Shown here in pieces: positions 35,852-45,910 of a DNA stretch of 56,531 nt (positions are counted from its first letter, which is position 1; each line of letters begins with the position of its first letter). The stretch lies in the sequence record SRR20825006_915; one strand, written 5' to 3'. The translations under genes were made by a program, and so were the position numbers. Below the pieces are notes generated by a model. It saw nothing but the letters and a program-made list of their open reading frames with translations. It made no database searches and had not been told where the DNA came from.

Positions 35852-37086
35852 TGTAAAAAGTGGAATACAGTGTTTAAACTTCTAAAGCCAACAATTATCG
35901 CTACTATTATCACACAAATCCCAAGTGAGTTTTGTAGGCGGTTATTCGCAAAGTTTCCTAGCAAATCGGTTCTATTCATAATATAAAGCAGGAATATGGC
36001 CACAAATGGAAGTAAAATACCATTGGCAACTTGTGCGAATTGGATGACCTGTATAGGATTAAAACCTATCATCGAAAAAACAACGCCAATAAAGAGAATA
36101 CCCATCCAAACACTTCTGAACTTTGCGTTTTTCAAATCTGCATTCCATCCAAGAATACCATTAGCCGCATAAGCTGCGGCAAGAGGTGCTGTGATAGCTG
36201 AGGAAATCCCCGCCGCAAATAATCCAATTCCTAAAAACTCTGCCGACCAACTTCCCAATAAAGGCTCTAACTGCTTTGCCATGTCTGCTGCATTATTTAT
36301 ATCGGCACCCGTTCCTCCAAAAGCAGCTGCGCTTGTGATAACAATAGCCATAGAAATAAGGCCACCCAATATTATAGCAACTGCATTCTCAATTCTAAGA
36401 TCATGGATTTCGCTACTGTCCTTATACTTTTCAGAAATTGTAGCCGCATGAAGAAACAAGTTATAGGGAACTACTGTTGTGCCAACCAATGCCATAACCA
36501 TTAGGAGTTGTCCTGCATCTGCTTGAGGGATGAATAATCCCTTTAGAATATCACTAATACTTGGATTGATGATTATTGCTGTGGTTATGAAAACCGCACT
36601 CATAATCACAACCAAACCAACCAAGAAGTTTTGAATCCGTTTAAAATTCCCAGAAAAGAGAAGCCAGAAAGCAATAATCCCAATCAATAAAGGAGCTATG
36701 CGAAGTGTAAATCCATTTATACTAATATCTAGACCGGTTATAATTTCTTCCCATCCAATTGCTGCGCCCGAAATATTTCCACTTTCGTATGCTGCATTTC
36801 CAATAACAATCGCCCCTAGAACTAATAAAGTGCTTACAATCTTGAATATGGGGTTTTTTATCTCGCTTCTAATAGCTTCGCCAAATCCTTTTTGAGTGAT
36901 TAAACCTAGCCTCGCAGACATTTCTTGCAGAATTATAGTAGCCACCATCGAAAATAGCAGTGCCCACAAGAGCATATATCCTGATTTAACGCCTGCTAGT
37001 GTGCATACCGTAACAGTTCCGGGGCCAATAAAAGCGGCTGTAACCAAGGTGCTTGGACCAAAATACTTAGTAAAATTTCTCTTCAA
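35848..37086 (-). CDS. NRAMP-superfamily transporter (YcsG-like)
   Basis: AAFIGPGT, LQEMSARLG and GTTVVPYNLFLH motifs, about 11 TM segments, TTG start, first gene of the pxp operon. Confidence 0.8.
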   Translation of the reverse strand: MKRNFTKYFGPSTLVTAAFIGPGTVTVCTLAGVKSGYMLLWALLFSMVATIILQEMSARLGLITQKGFGEAIRSEIKNPIFKIVSTLLVLGAIVIGNAAYESGNISGAAIGWEEIITGLDISINGFTLRIAPLLIGIIAFWLLFSGNFKRIQNFLVGLVVIMSAVFITTAIIINPSISDILKGLFIPQADAGQLLMVMALVGTTVVPYNLFLHAATISEKYKDSSEIHDLRIENAVAIILGGLISMAIVITSAAAFGGTGADINNAADMAKQLEPLLGSWSAEFLGIGLFAAGISSAITAPLAAAYAANGILGWNADLKNAKFRSVWMGILFIGVVFSMIGFNPIQVIQFAQVANGILLPFVAIFLLYIMNRTDLLGNFANNRLQNSLGICVIIVAIIVGFRSLNTVFHFLQ

Positions 37087-37268
37087 GGCAGTTCTATTTT
37101 AATTGAGTATTAGTCTTTAATGTAGTTATAGGTATAGAAATCACCAATTTTATGATTGAGTCATAAATAGGATTGAATTTTATTTAAAGATGCTTTTTTT
37201 TATTTGCTTGAAAAATTTATTATTTAGAAAAATTGTTTAACTAATTTAAATAGTCAAAATTGAGGGGA

Positions 37269-37685
37269 ATGGCAGATAATAAAACAAAGCCTACAACTTT
37301 AAAGGCTCTAGATTATCTCGAGAACATTGATAATGAACAGCGTAAAGCAGACTGCTTAACGCTAAACACCTTGATGAAAGAAATTACTGGAGAACAGCCT
37401 ATAATGTGGGGAACTAGTATTGTTGGCTATGGAAGCTACCACTATAAATATGAATCTGGGCGTGAAGGTGATATGCCTTTAATCGGTTTTTCGAACCGGA
37501 AGCAGAGTATCACTATTTATATAATGACGGGGTTTGCAAAGTGCAAAGATCAATTAGAAAAGATCGGAAAGTACAAAGTTGGAAAATCCTGTTTCTACAT
37601 AAAGAAACTCTCAGATATTGATGTTGAAATCTTAACGGAAATGATAATTTCTTCTATTGAGGTAATTAAAAATAAGTATCAATAA
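37269..37685 (+). CDS. DUF1801 (YdhG-like) protein
   Basis: MWGTSIVGYGSYHYKYESGREG and GKSCFYIKKL motifs. ATG at 37269 follows GAGGGG. Confidence 0.85.
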   Translation: MADNKTKPTTLKALDYLENIDNEQRKADCLTLNTLMKEITGEQPIMWGTSIVGYGSYHYKYESGREGDMPLIGFSNRKQSITIYIMTGFAKCKDQLEKIGKYKVGKSCFYIKKLSDIDVEILTEMIISSIEVIKNKYQ

Positions 37686-37688
37686 TAC

Positions 37689-38126
37689 ATGGAAAATAGA
37701 ATTGAACTAAAAACCACGATTCAAGCAACTCCAGAACAAATTTGGGATGCCCTAACTAACCCTGATAAAATTGAGCAGTATATGTTTGGGGCACGCTGCA
37801 ACAGCAATTGGAAGCCTGGTAGCAAATCAAATTTTTATATACTTCAAAACGGAAAAGAAAGTACCATTATAAAAGGTGAAGTTATTCGCTCCGAACCTTA
37901 TAAACTTCTGGAATACACACTTTTTCCAGCGAGAAGTGGGCTTGAAGATACCCTAGAAAATTATCTCGTTGCTACCTTTGAGATTATACCAGATGAAGAA
38001 GAAACTCATCTTGTTATCACTCAAAAAGGATTTGCCTATGTTGAGAATGGTCAAGATCGTTATATTGAGACAATGAAAGGGTGGAAAGTAGCTCTACCAA
38101 TGCTTAAAGCAATTGCTGAACAATGA
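37689..38126 (+). CDS. SRPBCC/AHSA1-domain protein
   Basis: [13 protein letters not shown]...W and C-terminal GW..L..LK. Confidence 0.85.
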   Translation: MENRIELKTTIQATPEQIWDALTNPDKIEQYMFGARCNSNWKPGSKSNFYILQNGKESTIIKGEVIRSEPYKLLEYTLFPARSGLEDTLENYLVATFEIIPDEEETHLVITQKGFAYVENGQDRYIETMKGWKVALPMLKAIAEQ

Positions 38127-38347
38127 CAGAACAACCAAATAACCCATTACACGGTGTTAAATTAAAACAAATGGTAGAAGACTTAGTGGAGTATTATGGA
38201 TGGGAGCAACTAAGCTATAACATCGATATAAACTGCTTTAAAAAAGATCCTAGTATAAAGTCTAGCCTTCATTTTTTACGTCGCCACGATTGGGCTAGAC
38301 AAGAAGTTGAAGACCTTTGGGTTGAAGTAATTGCACCAACAAATTGA
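38123..38347 (+). CDS. VF530/DUF2132-family small protein
   Basis: NNPLHGVKL...YGWEQL...[15 protein letters not shown]...WAR. Confidence 0.9.
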   Translation: MTEQPNNPLHGVKLKQMVEDLVEYYGWEQLSYNIDINCFKKDPSIKSSLHFLRRHDWARQEVEDLWVEVIAPTN

Positions 38348-38453
38348 ATTTAAAATAGCTCGTTTGGATTAGCATATTTTATGCTACTTTTTGATGATTA
38401 AATTTTAACAGAGAATATCCCGTCTCAGCCGATATAACACCGATATTTATTTC

Positions 38454-39245
38454 ATGCACGAATTTCACTCTGATAAACCTCTTTACTTCGACTACCAATA
38501 CCGAACAGCTAAAGAATATATTATTCCTTTTCTTGAGAAGAACAACGTATTAGACAAGAATATTAAAGTGCTTGAGATAGGTTGTGCAGAGGCTGGCGTG
38601 CTAAAAGCTTTTACCGAACGCGGTGATACCTGTACTGGCATTGAACTACAAAGTACCCGTATTGAGCTTGCCAAAAAATTTATGGCTGAAGAAGTAGCCG
38701 AAGGTAAAATCAATTTCATAGTTAAAAATATTTATGACATTGATATTGAGAAAGATATCGGTTATAAATTCGACTTAATCATCCTCAAAGATGTCATTGA
38801 ACATATTCCTGAACAAGAAAAATTCTTCAAAAAACTACACGACTTTTTAGCTCCAAATGGAAAAGTATTTTTTGGTTTCCCGCCATGGCAGATGCCTTTT
38901 GGTGGCCACCAACAAATTGCGAAAAGCAAAGTTTTGATGTACCTGCCTTATTTTCATTTACTTCCTTATTCAGCATACAAAGGCATTTTGAAGATGTTTG
39001 GCGAATCGGAGGCAACGATTACGGGTCTGGAAGAAATTAAAGATACAGGAATTACCATCGAGCGATTTGAGCGTATTGTAAAAAATGAGCATTACTCGAT
39101 TGTTAAGAAGCAGTTCTTCTTTTTAAACCCTATTTATAAATATAAGTTTGGTTTGAGACCTCGAATGCAGCTGTCTTTAATTTCTGCAATTCCAGTATTA
39201 CGAAATTTCCTTACTACCTGCGCTTATTATGTGATTGAAAAATAA
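38454..39245 (+). CDS. Class I SAM-dependent methyltransferase
   Basis: VLEIGCAEAG, FDLIILKDVIEHI and FPPW..PFGGH motifs. Confidence 0.85.
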   Translation: MHEFHSDKPLYFDYQYRTAKEYIIPFLEKNNVLDKNIKVLEIGCAEAGVLKAFTERGDTCTGIELQSTRIELAKKFMAEEVAEGKINFIVKNIYDIDIEKDIGYKFDLIILKDVIEHIPEQEKFFKKLHDFLAPNGKVFFGFPPWQMPFGGHQQIAKSKVLMYLPYFHLLPYSAYKGILKMFGESEATITGLEEIKDTGITIERFERIVKNEHYSIVKKQFFFLNPIYKYKFGLRPRMQLSLISAIPVLRNFLTTCAYYVIEK

Positions 39246-40336
39246 CGATCATATTTTTCAATTTGCGCTTTCCAATCATAGTGTTTTACTAACGACTGAT
39301 AATCTACTTGCCGAACAGCCATTACATTTTCGATGGCTGTTTCTAGCATTATTACGAGTTCCCCTTCTTCGTATAAATAATCTCTTTGAATCTCTTTGGG
39401 AATATGCTCAGGATAGGCAAGGCGATTCGGAAGAATTGGATAACAATCACAGTACATCGCTTCTACTACACTTCCCCCAAAAAAATCTTGGTTCGATGTT
39501 ACTGGCAAGATATCGGCTCGCCACAACAAACGCGCATAATCCTCAAAGCTATCAACGTAACCCCAATGCAAAATTTCAGTATGAAGCTTTTGCTTAGCTT
39601 CCTCAAAAATTGGTGGAATCATCTCGTTGTGTTCTCCTAAAACAACTAATTTAAACTTCACTCCTTTTTCTTTTATCGAGAATAGAGCTTTAAAAAAGGC
39701 TTTCGGTCGTTTATCATATTCCCATCTATGATTCCATAAAATTACCGCCTCTGGCTCTTTCTCCTTTTCTGAGCCTATAAATGCATCGAAGCGTTGTAAG
39801 TCTAATCCCAAATGAAGTACTTCACTTTTAGCTTTTATTAGCTCAATATTTGCTCTCTCTCTTTTATCTGGAAATTGGGATAAGAACTTAGGGAGAGCCT
39901 CTAAAAATGAGTCTCTATGATAACTCGAATTGAAAAAGATTTTATCGGCCGCCAATGCCGCGGTATAATTGATAAAAGCATAATGGTTATTTCGCTTATT
40001 CTTAACATCTCTGTCTTGAGGCGACCATGGATAGGTAAGCTGATTTTCATGGAAATAGATTGCAACAGGAATCGCCGAAGACTTCTTTCTAGTAAGCGAA
40101 AGAAATGTACTCAAACCTAACATTGACGTTGCCAATATCAAATCTGGAGTTTGCTCTAATTCATTAAACTGCTTTGCCAACGAGATGGCTCCACCGTGCA
40201 TTCGCCACTTCCAATGTCGGCCTGGCAAGCTGAGAATACTAATATTATGGGAAGAATGTTTTTGTAAGCCTAAAGCCCATTGGCGATGTGAACCCGAGAA
40301 AAAAGGTTCTAGTAAAGTAATATTTAATGTGTTCAT
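39227..40336 (-). CDS. GT-B glycosyltransferase with DUF3524 domain (GTDC1/QTMAN-like)
   Basis: EPFFSGSH..W, LPGRHWKWRM, YFHENQLTYP, FNSSYH, WNHRWEYDK and PNRLAYPE motifs. Confidence 0.85.
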   Translation of the reverse strand: MNTLNITLLEPFFSGSHRQWALGLQKHSSHNISILSLPGRHWKWRMHGGAISLAKQFNELEQTPDLILATSMLGLSTFLSLTRKKSSAIPVAIYFHENQLTYPWSPQDRDVKNKRNNHYAFINYTAALAADKIFFNSSYHRDSFLEALPKFLSQFPDKRERANIELIKAKSEVLHLGLDLQRFDAFIGSEKEKEPEAVILWNHRWEYDKRPKAFFKALFSIKEKGVKFKLVVLGEHNEMIPPIFEEAKQKLHTEILHWGYVDSFEDYARLLWRADILPVTSNQDFFGGSVVEAMYCDCYPILPNRLAYPEHIPKEIQRDYLYEEGELVIMLETAIENVMAVRQVDYQSLVKHYDWKAQIEKYDRYFSIT

Positions 40337-40432
40337 GGTCTGAACCTATCCCTTTTAACTGCTTTCATCAAATTTAAATGGAGCAGTTAAAAGAAGTTTT
40401 ATAAGAAAACCGTTCTTAAATAAATACCAAAA

Positions 40433-41986
40433 TCACTTTGCTGATGCCACCGCATTGGCTACTTTTTCGCCATCAATAGCCGCAGAAACAATTCCGCCTG
40501 CATAGCCAGCCCCTTCGCCGCAGGGAAATAATCCTTTTATACGAATATGCTCTAGGGTTTTATAATCTCTAGGAATCCGAACAGGTGATGAAGTTCTTGT
40601 TTCTGGAGCATGAACTACGGCTTCATTAGTTAGATAGCCTCGCATAGATGAATCAAATGCATTAAACCCACCTTTTAGCGCTTTATGAATAAAATCAGGG
40701 AGCACATTTCCTAACTCTACTGAAGTAATACCAGGTGAATACGAAGTTTTTGGTAAATCTATAGATACTTTACCATTCACAAAATCTACTAAGCGTTGAG
40801 CTGGTGCTGTCTGCGTTTTGCCTCCCAACTCCCAAGCTTTATGTTCAATCGCTTTTTGGAATTCCATTGCGGCTAAAGGTCCGAATTTTTCAAAAGGCTT
40901 AAAATCTGCCTCTTTCAATTCTACTACAATTCCAGAGTTCGCTGTTGATCTAGCTCTACGCGATGAAGACCAACCATTAGTTACAATTTCTCCTGGTTTT
41001 GTGGCGCAAGGTGCCACAACTCCTCCTGGACACATACAAAAGGAATACACTCCACGTCCATTAACTTGTTTTACAATGCTGTACGGTGAAGGTGGCAGGA
41101 ACTCACCTCTGTCATCACAATTGTATTGGATTGAATCGATTAAAGATTGAGAATGTTCTACACGTACCCCAATAGAAAGTGGCTTTAATTCAATTTCGAT
41201 ACCTTTTTGGTAAAGTAATTCGAAAATATCTCTGGCTGAATGTCCTGTTGCTAAAATTACATTTTTGGCTCTAAAAGTTTCTCCACCTTGAACTTTCACT
41301 CCCTCCATTTGATTACCATTAACCAAAAAATCAGTTACTCGCATATTAAAATGAATTTCTCCCCCATGCGCTAAAATACATTCCCGCATCTTTGCAATAA
41401 TAGCTGGTAACTTGTTAGTTCCAATGTGTGGGTGAGCCTCAACCATAATCTCTTTCACCGCACCAAAACCAACAAGTAGTTCTAGAATTCTATTTACATC
41501 GCCACGCTTTTTAGATCGTGTATATAATTTTCCATCTGAGTATGTACCCGCACCACCTTCACCAAAGCAATAGTTAGAGTCTTCATTAACAATATGGTCT
41601 ACATTAATTCCTTTTAAATCTTTAATCCGATCTTTCACATTTTTTCCACGCTCAAGAATAACGGGTTTCTTTCCCACCTCAATTAAACGTAATGCTGCAA
41701 AAAGTCCAGCAGGCCCTGCCCCAACAATCAATACTTCTTCTGCATTTGCTACATTTGGGTAGTTAGGTAAGTAAATGGGCGTTTCAACAAATTCCTCATT
41801 AAGATAAATGCGAACTTTGAGATTCACTTTAATCTCACGTTGACGAGCATCGATAGAGCGTTTTATGATTTCAACGTGGTGAATTTCGTTTTGTGGTAAC
41901 CCAACACTCTTGCTAATATAATTAACTAATTGATCTGATTGCGCGGCAACCTCGGGTGAAGTTCTAAGCTGTATTTCTTTTTGCAT
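40433..41986 (-). CDS. Uncharacterised FAD-dependent oxidoreductase (COG2509-like)
   Basis: GAGPAG, FGEGGAGTYSDGKL, HIGT, SFCMCPGG, ETRTSSP and GEGAGYAGGI motifs. Confidence 0.85.
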   Translation of the reverse strand: MQKEIQLRTSPEVAAQSDQLVNYISKSVGLPQNEIHHVEIIKRSIDARQREIKVNLKVRIYLNEEFVETPIYLPNYPNVANAEEVLIVGAGPAGLFAALRLIEVGKKPVILERGKNVKDRIKDLKGINVDHIVNEDSNYCFGEGGAGTYSDGKLYTRSKKRGDVNRILELLVGFGAVKEIMVEAHPHIGTNKLPAIIAKMRECILAHGGEIHFNMRVTDFLVNGNQMEGVKVQGGETFRAKNVILATGHSARDIFELLYQKGIEIELKPLSIGVRVEHSQSLIDSIQYNCDDRGEFLPPSPYSIVKQVNGRGVYSFCMCPGGVVAPCATKPGEIVTNGWSSSRRARSTANSGIVVELKEADFKPFEKFGPLAAMEFQKAIEHKAWELGGKTQTAPAQRLVDFVNGKVSIDLPKTSYSPGITSVELGNVLPDFIHKALKGGFNAFDSSMRGYLTNEAVVHAPETRTSSPVRIPRDYKTLEHIRIKGLFPCGEGAGYAGGIVSAAIDGEKVANAVASAK

Positions 41987-42230
41987 GTAATAATTAGGTG
42001 GATTGTTGCGTAAGATATGGATTATGGATACAATCTGAATAAGAAAGCCCTTTTTTGATTAAATTAATGAGAATGAGCATCAAATTTATTTTTACATTCT
42101 GTTACAAAATCACTTTAGGATACCTTCTCAGTAAATCCTTTTTACACATTCCTAAGCTAATCTTTAACACTAAATCGGATATATTCTTTACACTATGTTT
42201 GAATAAATCCGATTAATACGACCTTAACTT

Positions 42231-43193
42231 ATGAAACTTAAAAAATTAGCTGTATTTGCAGCACTTTTTACCTTCATCCAAATGCCAATTGCTTTAAAGG
42301 CACAACCTAAAGCAACAAGTGAGCCAAAAATCTTGGTTCCTAGTAATGGACAGCTTTATCAAAATGCTGTATGGGCACCCGATGGAAGCTCTTTTGCATT
42401 TACATCAACCCAATTTCAAGGAATTTGGGTTGCTGATAAAAGTGGATCGAAGGTAACTCAGATCACAAACAAGAATGCTGGTTACGCTTTTTCTTGGTCT
42501 TCTGACTCGAAAACTATTTTAACTAGAGCAACAGAGTATGTAAATAGACGGAAGCAATCTGCTATAATGCTTTTCGATAAAGATAGTGGTGAGGAGATGC
42601 AGCTTTCTGAATTCCGTTCAGGAATGACCTCAATGCCACAATGGGCACAGTTTGATGAAAAGGTTGTTCTTATTTCGGATGAAAAGGTTGAAGCTTTTGA
42701 TTCTGGTAAAAAAGCCAATATTGAAAAGCAGAAAATGGTTCCAGATCAGTCTTTTTATCTATTAAAAAGAAATAAGCTAGCTAAAGGCATGATTCCTGAT
42801 AACAGTACTGAGAACATCTCTCCTTTCGAAGACGCTACTTATTTAAATCTTCAAGTGTCCCCAGATGGCAAAAAACTTGCCTTTGAAATTTTTGGTGGAA
42901 ACTTATATGTAATGAATGTGGATGGAAGCCAGTTAATCGACCTTGGTCCTGCTAACCATCCAAGCTGGTCACCTGATAGTAAATATGTTGTTGCCAATAA
43001 AATCAAGGACGACGGGCATAGCATTACTGAAGCTGACATCTATACATTTAGTGTTGATGGAAATGAAATAACCAATTTAACTGCTTCAACTTCTCTAATT
43101 GCACTAAACCCATCTTGGGCTCCTGATGGAACCAGCATCATTTTTGACGAACCTACCAAGGGTAACATTTACCTTCTAGAAATTACTCGATAA
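42231..43193 (+). CDS. Exported TolB-like beta-propeller (PD40 repeats)
   Basis: Signal peptide and repeated WAPDG/WSSDS/SPDGK/WSPDS/WAPDG blades. Confidence 0.8.
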   Translation: MKLKKLAVFAALFTFIQMPIALKAQPKATSEPKILVPSNGQLYQNAVWAPDGSSFAFTSTQFQGIWVADKSGSKVTQITNKNAGYAFSWSSDSKTILTRATEYVNRRKQSAIMLFDKDSGEEMQLSEFRSGMTSMPQWAQFDEKVVLISDEKVEAFDSGKKANIEKQKMVPDQSFYLLKRNKLAKGMIPDNSTENISPFEDATYLNLQVSPDGKKLAFEIFGGNLYVMNVDGSQLIDLGPANHPSWSPDSKYVVANKIKDDGHSITEADIYTFSVDGNEITNLTASTSLIALNPSWAPDGTSIIFDEPTKGNIYLLEITR

Positions 43194-43200
43194 TACAGAT

Positions 43201-45723
43201 ATGACATTTACTAGACGACTTTTACTACAAACAGCATGCCTCGCTTTTCTATTAAGTGGCACTAGCTTTTTATCTCCATTGATTGCACAAGAAATAACGG
43301 GGCTTAGTGGCTTTACTATTTTTATTGACCCAGGTCATAGCCAAACTGAAAACCAAGGTGCTTTTGGTTATTCTGAACCACAAAAAGTTCTACGTGTTGG
43401 TTTAGAGTTACAACGACTATTAATGGACAGAACAGACATTGACACAGCATATATTTTAAGGACAAACGATTCTCAGCTTTATAGTCTTTCTCAACGTACT
43501 TCTTTAGCTAATAGCTTAAACCCAGATTTCTATTACTCTATTCACAGTGATGCAGGAAGTACTACCGCACATAGTACTCTTACGATGTATGGTGGTTGGA
43601 GATCTAATGGTATTACTGTTGAGAAAAACCCTACTGGCGGTAAAGACTTTGGTGACATTCTTTCTCCAACCATGACAGCCGCTGCTAAAATGAGTGCTCG
43701 TGGCAATTATGCCGATCGTACTTTTTACCAAGGATTTCCAGCAAATTCCACAAATAAATGGCCATACCTTCATGTAAATAGAACAACAAACATGGCGTCT
43801 TTACTTAGTGAAGGTGGCTTCCATACAAATCCTTATCAGCAACAAAGAAACCTGAATGCTGATTACAAACGATTAGAAGCACGTGCAGCTTTTTGGTCGG
43901 TTCTAGAGTACTTAGGTGTTGATCGTCCTGTGGAAGGTATCTTAACTGGTGAAATTAAAGATCTTGATACTGAACTCTTTGTAAATGGTGCAACTATCAC
44001 CGTTCAAGGTAAATCGGTTACCACAGACACTTTTGAGTCTCTTTTTAATCAATACTCATCTGATCCCGACCAACTAAGAAATGGGTTCTATTATATTGAT
44101 GGTTTAACTCCTGGTCCTGCAGAAGTAATTATTAGTGGTGCAGATTATGATTCTGATACACTGCAGGTAGACATTAAATCTACTGACATGACGTACTTAA
44201 ATGCGTCTATCCGTAACAATCTTTTGCCAGCTGTAGATTATACAACACCCGCTGAAAGTGATACCACACATAATCCTGGTGAATTCATTTATATCTACTT
44301 CAATAAAAACATGAATCGCGCTTCAGTTGAAGGTGCCATTTCTATTGCTCCTGAAACCGAAATCGAATTTTCTTGGGCTGGTAGTAAGAGAGTTGGAATC
44401 ACTACTTCAAATCTAGATTTTGAAACAAATTACACTATCACTATTGACGAATCTCCTACCGATGATTCGCCAAGCGCTCTTAAATTTGATGGTGACAAGG
44501 ACGGTGAAGTTGGTGGAATTTTCACATTGAATTTTAAAACAGGTCCTGCCGATATTGTTGCACCAAAAGTGACCGGTATTGATCCATTTAAGACGACTAC
44601 CCTAACAACTACTGCTTTAGTTAATATTACTTTTGACGAATTATTAGATCATAGTACTATTAGCGATCAATCTATTCACCTAGAAGCTACTGGATTAGAA
44701 AACATTACAGGAACGGTTAAGGTTTATGATGTCTTTGAACGCAGTGTAATTACTTTTTTCCCAAATGAAGCACTAGCTAAAAACACTACGTTCACTACCG
44801 TACTAGCTCCTGGTATTGCTGATTTGACAGGCAATGTAACTGAAGTAGAGCGCAGAGCTAATTTCACTTCTGGAGATTTAGAACATAAATTTATCACGGA
44901 CATTTATGATTTTGAAAGTGGATTAACTGACTGGTGGGAACCAACTCAAAGTGGAAGTACTACTGGGTACCTATCAGATTTCACTAGCTATGGATCTACT
45001 GGTGATATAACCAACTTACTTTCTGGTAGTACCTCTGCAATGCGTCTTAATTACGGTTTTGAAACCGCTAAAGACATCCACCTAATTCGTGAATACTTAG
45101 AAAGATCATCCCCTAAGTTTAGTGATGGATTTACACTTCAAGCATATGTATTCGGTGATGGAAATGGCAATAAAATGCGTTTCGTGGTTAGAGATAACGA
45201 CAACGAACTTGAAGCTAGTGCATGGACAACCGTTGATTGGATTGGCTGGAAATTAGTTACTTGGGACCTTGGTGAAGACGAAGTAGTTGCATTTGCTAAT
45301 GGTGATGGAACTATTGACGGCTCTGTTTACTTTGATAGCTTCCAACTAACTTACACCGTAGGCCAACCTAATAAAGGGTTTATCGTTTTTGACGACCTTA
45401 AAGCGGTTACTTTTCAAGGCGCAACTAGTAGCGAAGACGAGTTTACTAATGACACACCTAATACACTTTCGCTAGACCAAAACTATCCAAACCCGTTTAA
45501 CCCTTCTACCAATATCCGTTTTGCATTACCAGCCAAAACCGAGGTTAGGTTAGAAGTGTTTGATATGCTAGGCCGCAAGGTAGAAACCGTATTTAACGGA
45601 GTTAAACCCGCAGGTTCGCACATGGTTACATTTGACGCCTCTGGTTTAGCAAGTGGAGTTTACATTTACAAGCTTAGTACTGCAACTCAAGTAGTAGCTA
45701 AAAAAATGCTTCTGATGAAATAA
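43201..45723 (+). CDS. T9SS-secreted N-acetylmuramoyl-L-alanine amidase (Amidase_3) with Ig-like and CBM-like domains
   Basis: IFIDPGH...SE, LSQRT..AN, SIHSDA and LLSEGGF motifs. Two Big_5-like domains (FNKNM, FDELLD), a GDGNGN...DWIGWK module, and CTD QNYPNPFNP...KMLLMK. Confidence 0.85.
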   Translation: MTFTRRLLLQTACLAFLLSGTSFLSPLIAQEITGLSGFTIFIDPGHSQTENQGAFGYSEPQKVLRVGLELQRLLMDRTDIDTAYILRTNDSQLYSLSQRTSLANSLNPDFYYSIHSDAGSTTAHSTLTMYGGWRSNGITVEKNPTGGKDFGDILSPTMTAAAKMSARGNYADRTFYQGFPANSTNKWPYLHVNRTTNMASLLSEGGFHTNPYQQQRNLNADYKRLEARAAFWSVLEYLGVDRPVEGILTGEIKDLDTELFVNGATITVQGKSVTTDTFESLFNQYSSDPDQLRNGFYYIDGLTPGPAEVIISGADYDSDTLQVDIKSTDMTYLNASIRNNLLPAVDYTTPAESDTTHNPGEFIYIYFNKNMNRASVEGAISIAPETEIEFSWAGSKRVGITTSNLDFETNYTITIDESPTDDSPSALKFDGDKDGEVGGIFTLNFKTGPADIVAPKVTGIDPFKTTTLTTTALVNITFDELLDHSTISDQSIHLEATGLENITGTVKVYDVFERSVITFFPNEALAKNTTFTTVLAPGIADLTGNVTEVERRANFTSGDLEHKFITDIYDFESGLTDWWEPTQSGSTTGYLSDFTSYGSTGDITNLLSGSTSAMRLNYGFETAKDIHLIREYLERSSPKFSDGFTLQAYVFGDGNGNKMRFVVRDNDNELEASAWTTVDWIGWKLVTWDLGEDEVVAFANGDGTIDGSVYFDSFQLTYTVGQPNKGFIVFDDLKAVTFQGATSSEDEFTNDTPNTLSLDQNYPNPFNPSTNIRFALPAKTEVRLEVFDMLGRKVETVFNGVKPAGSHMVTFDASGLASGVYIYKLSTATQVVAKKMLLMK

Positions 45724-45753
45724 TTTCACTTTCCAAATTCATCTAATTTCTTT

Positions 45754-45790
45754 AGCCTGTATTCTACATTAAGAATACAGGCTTTTTTTT
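45754..45790 (+). terminator. Rho-independent terminator
   Basis: AGCCTGTATTCT-ACATTA-AGAATACAGGCT followed by a T run. Confidence 0.85.
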
Positions 45791-45910
45791 ATTTAGATAC
45801 TAGGGTAATTATCTGAATTAAAATCTGTGTATTGCTAAATAGCGTTTTGCATTTGCAATTTCTAAACCGATATTCATCAATATTGGGATAACAGAAACCG
45901 AAAAATTAAG

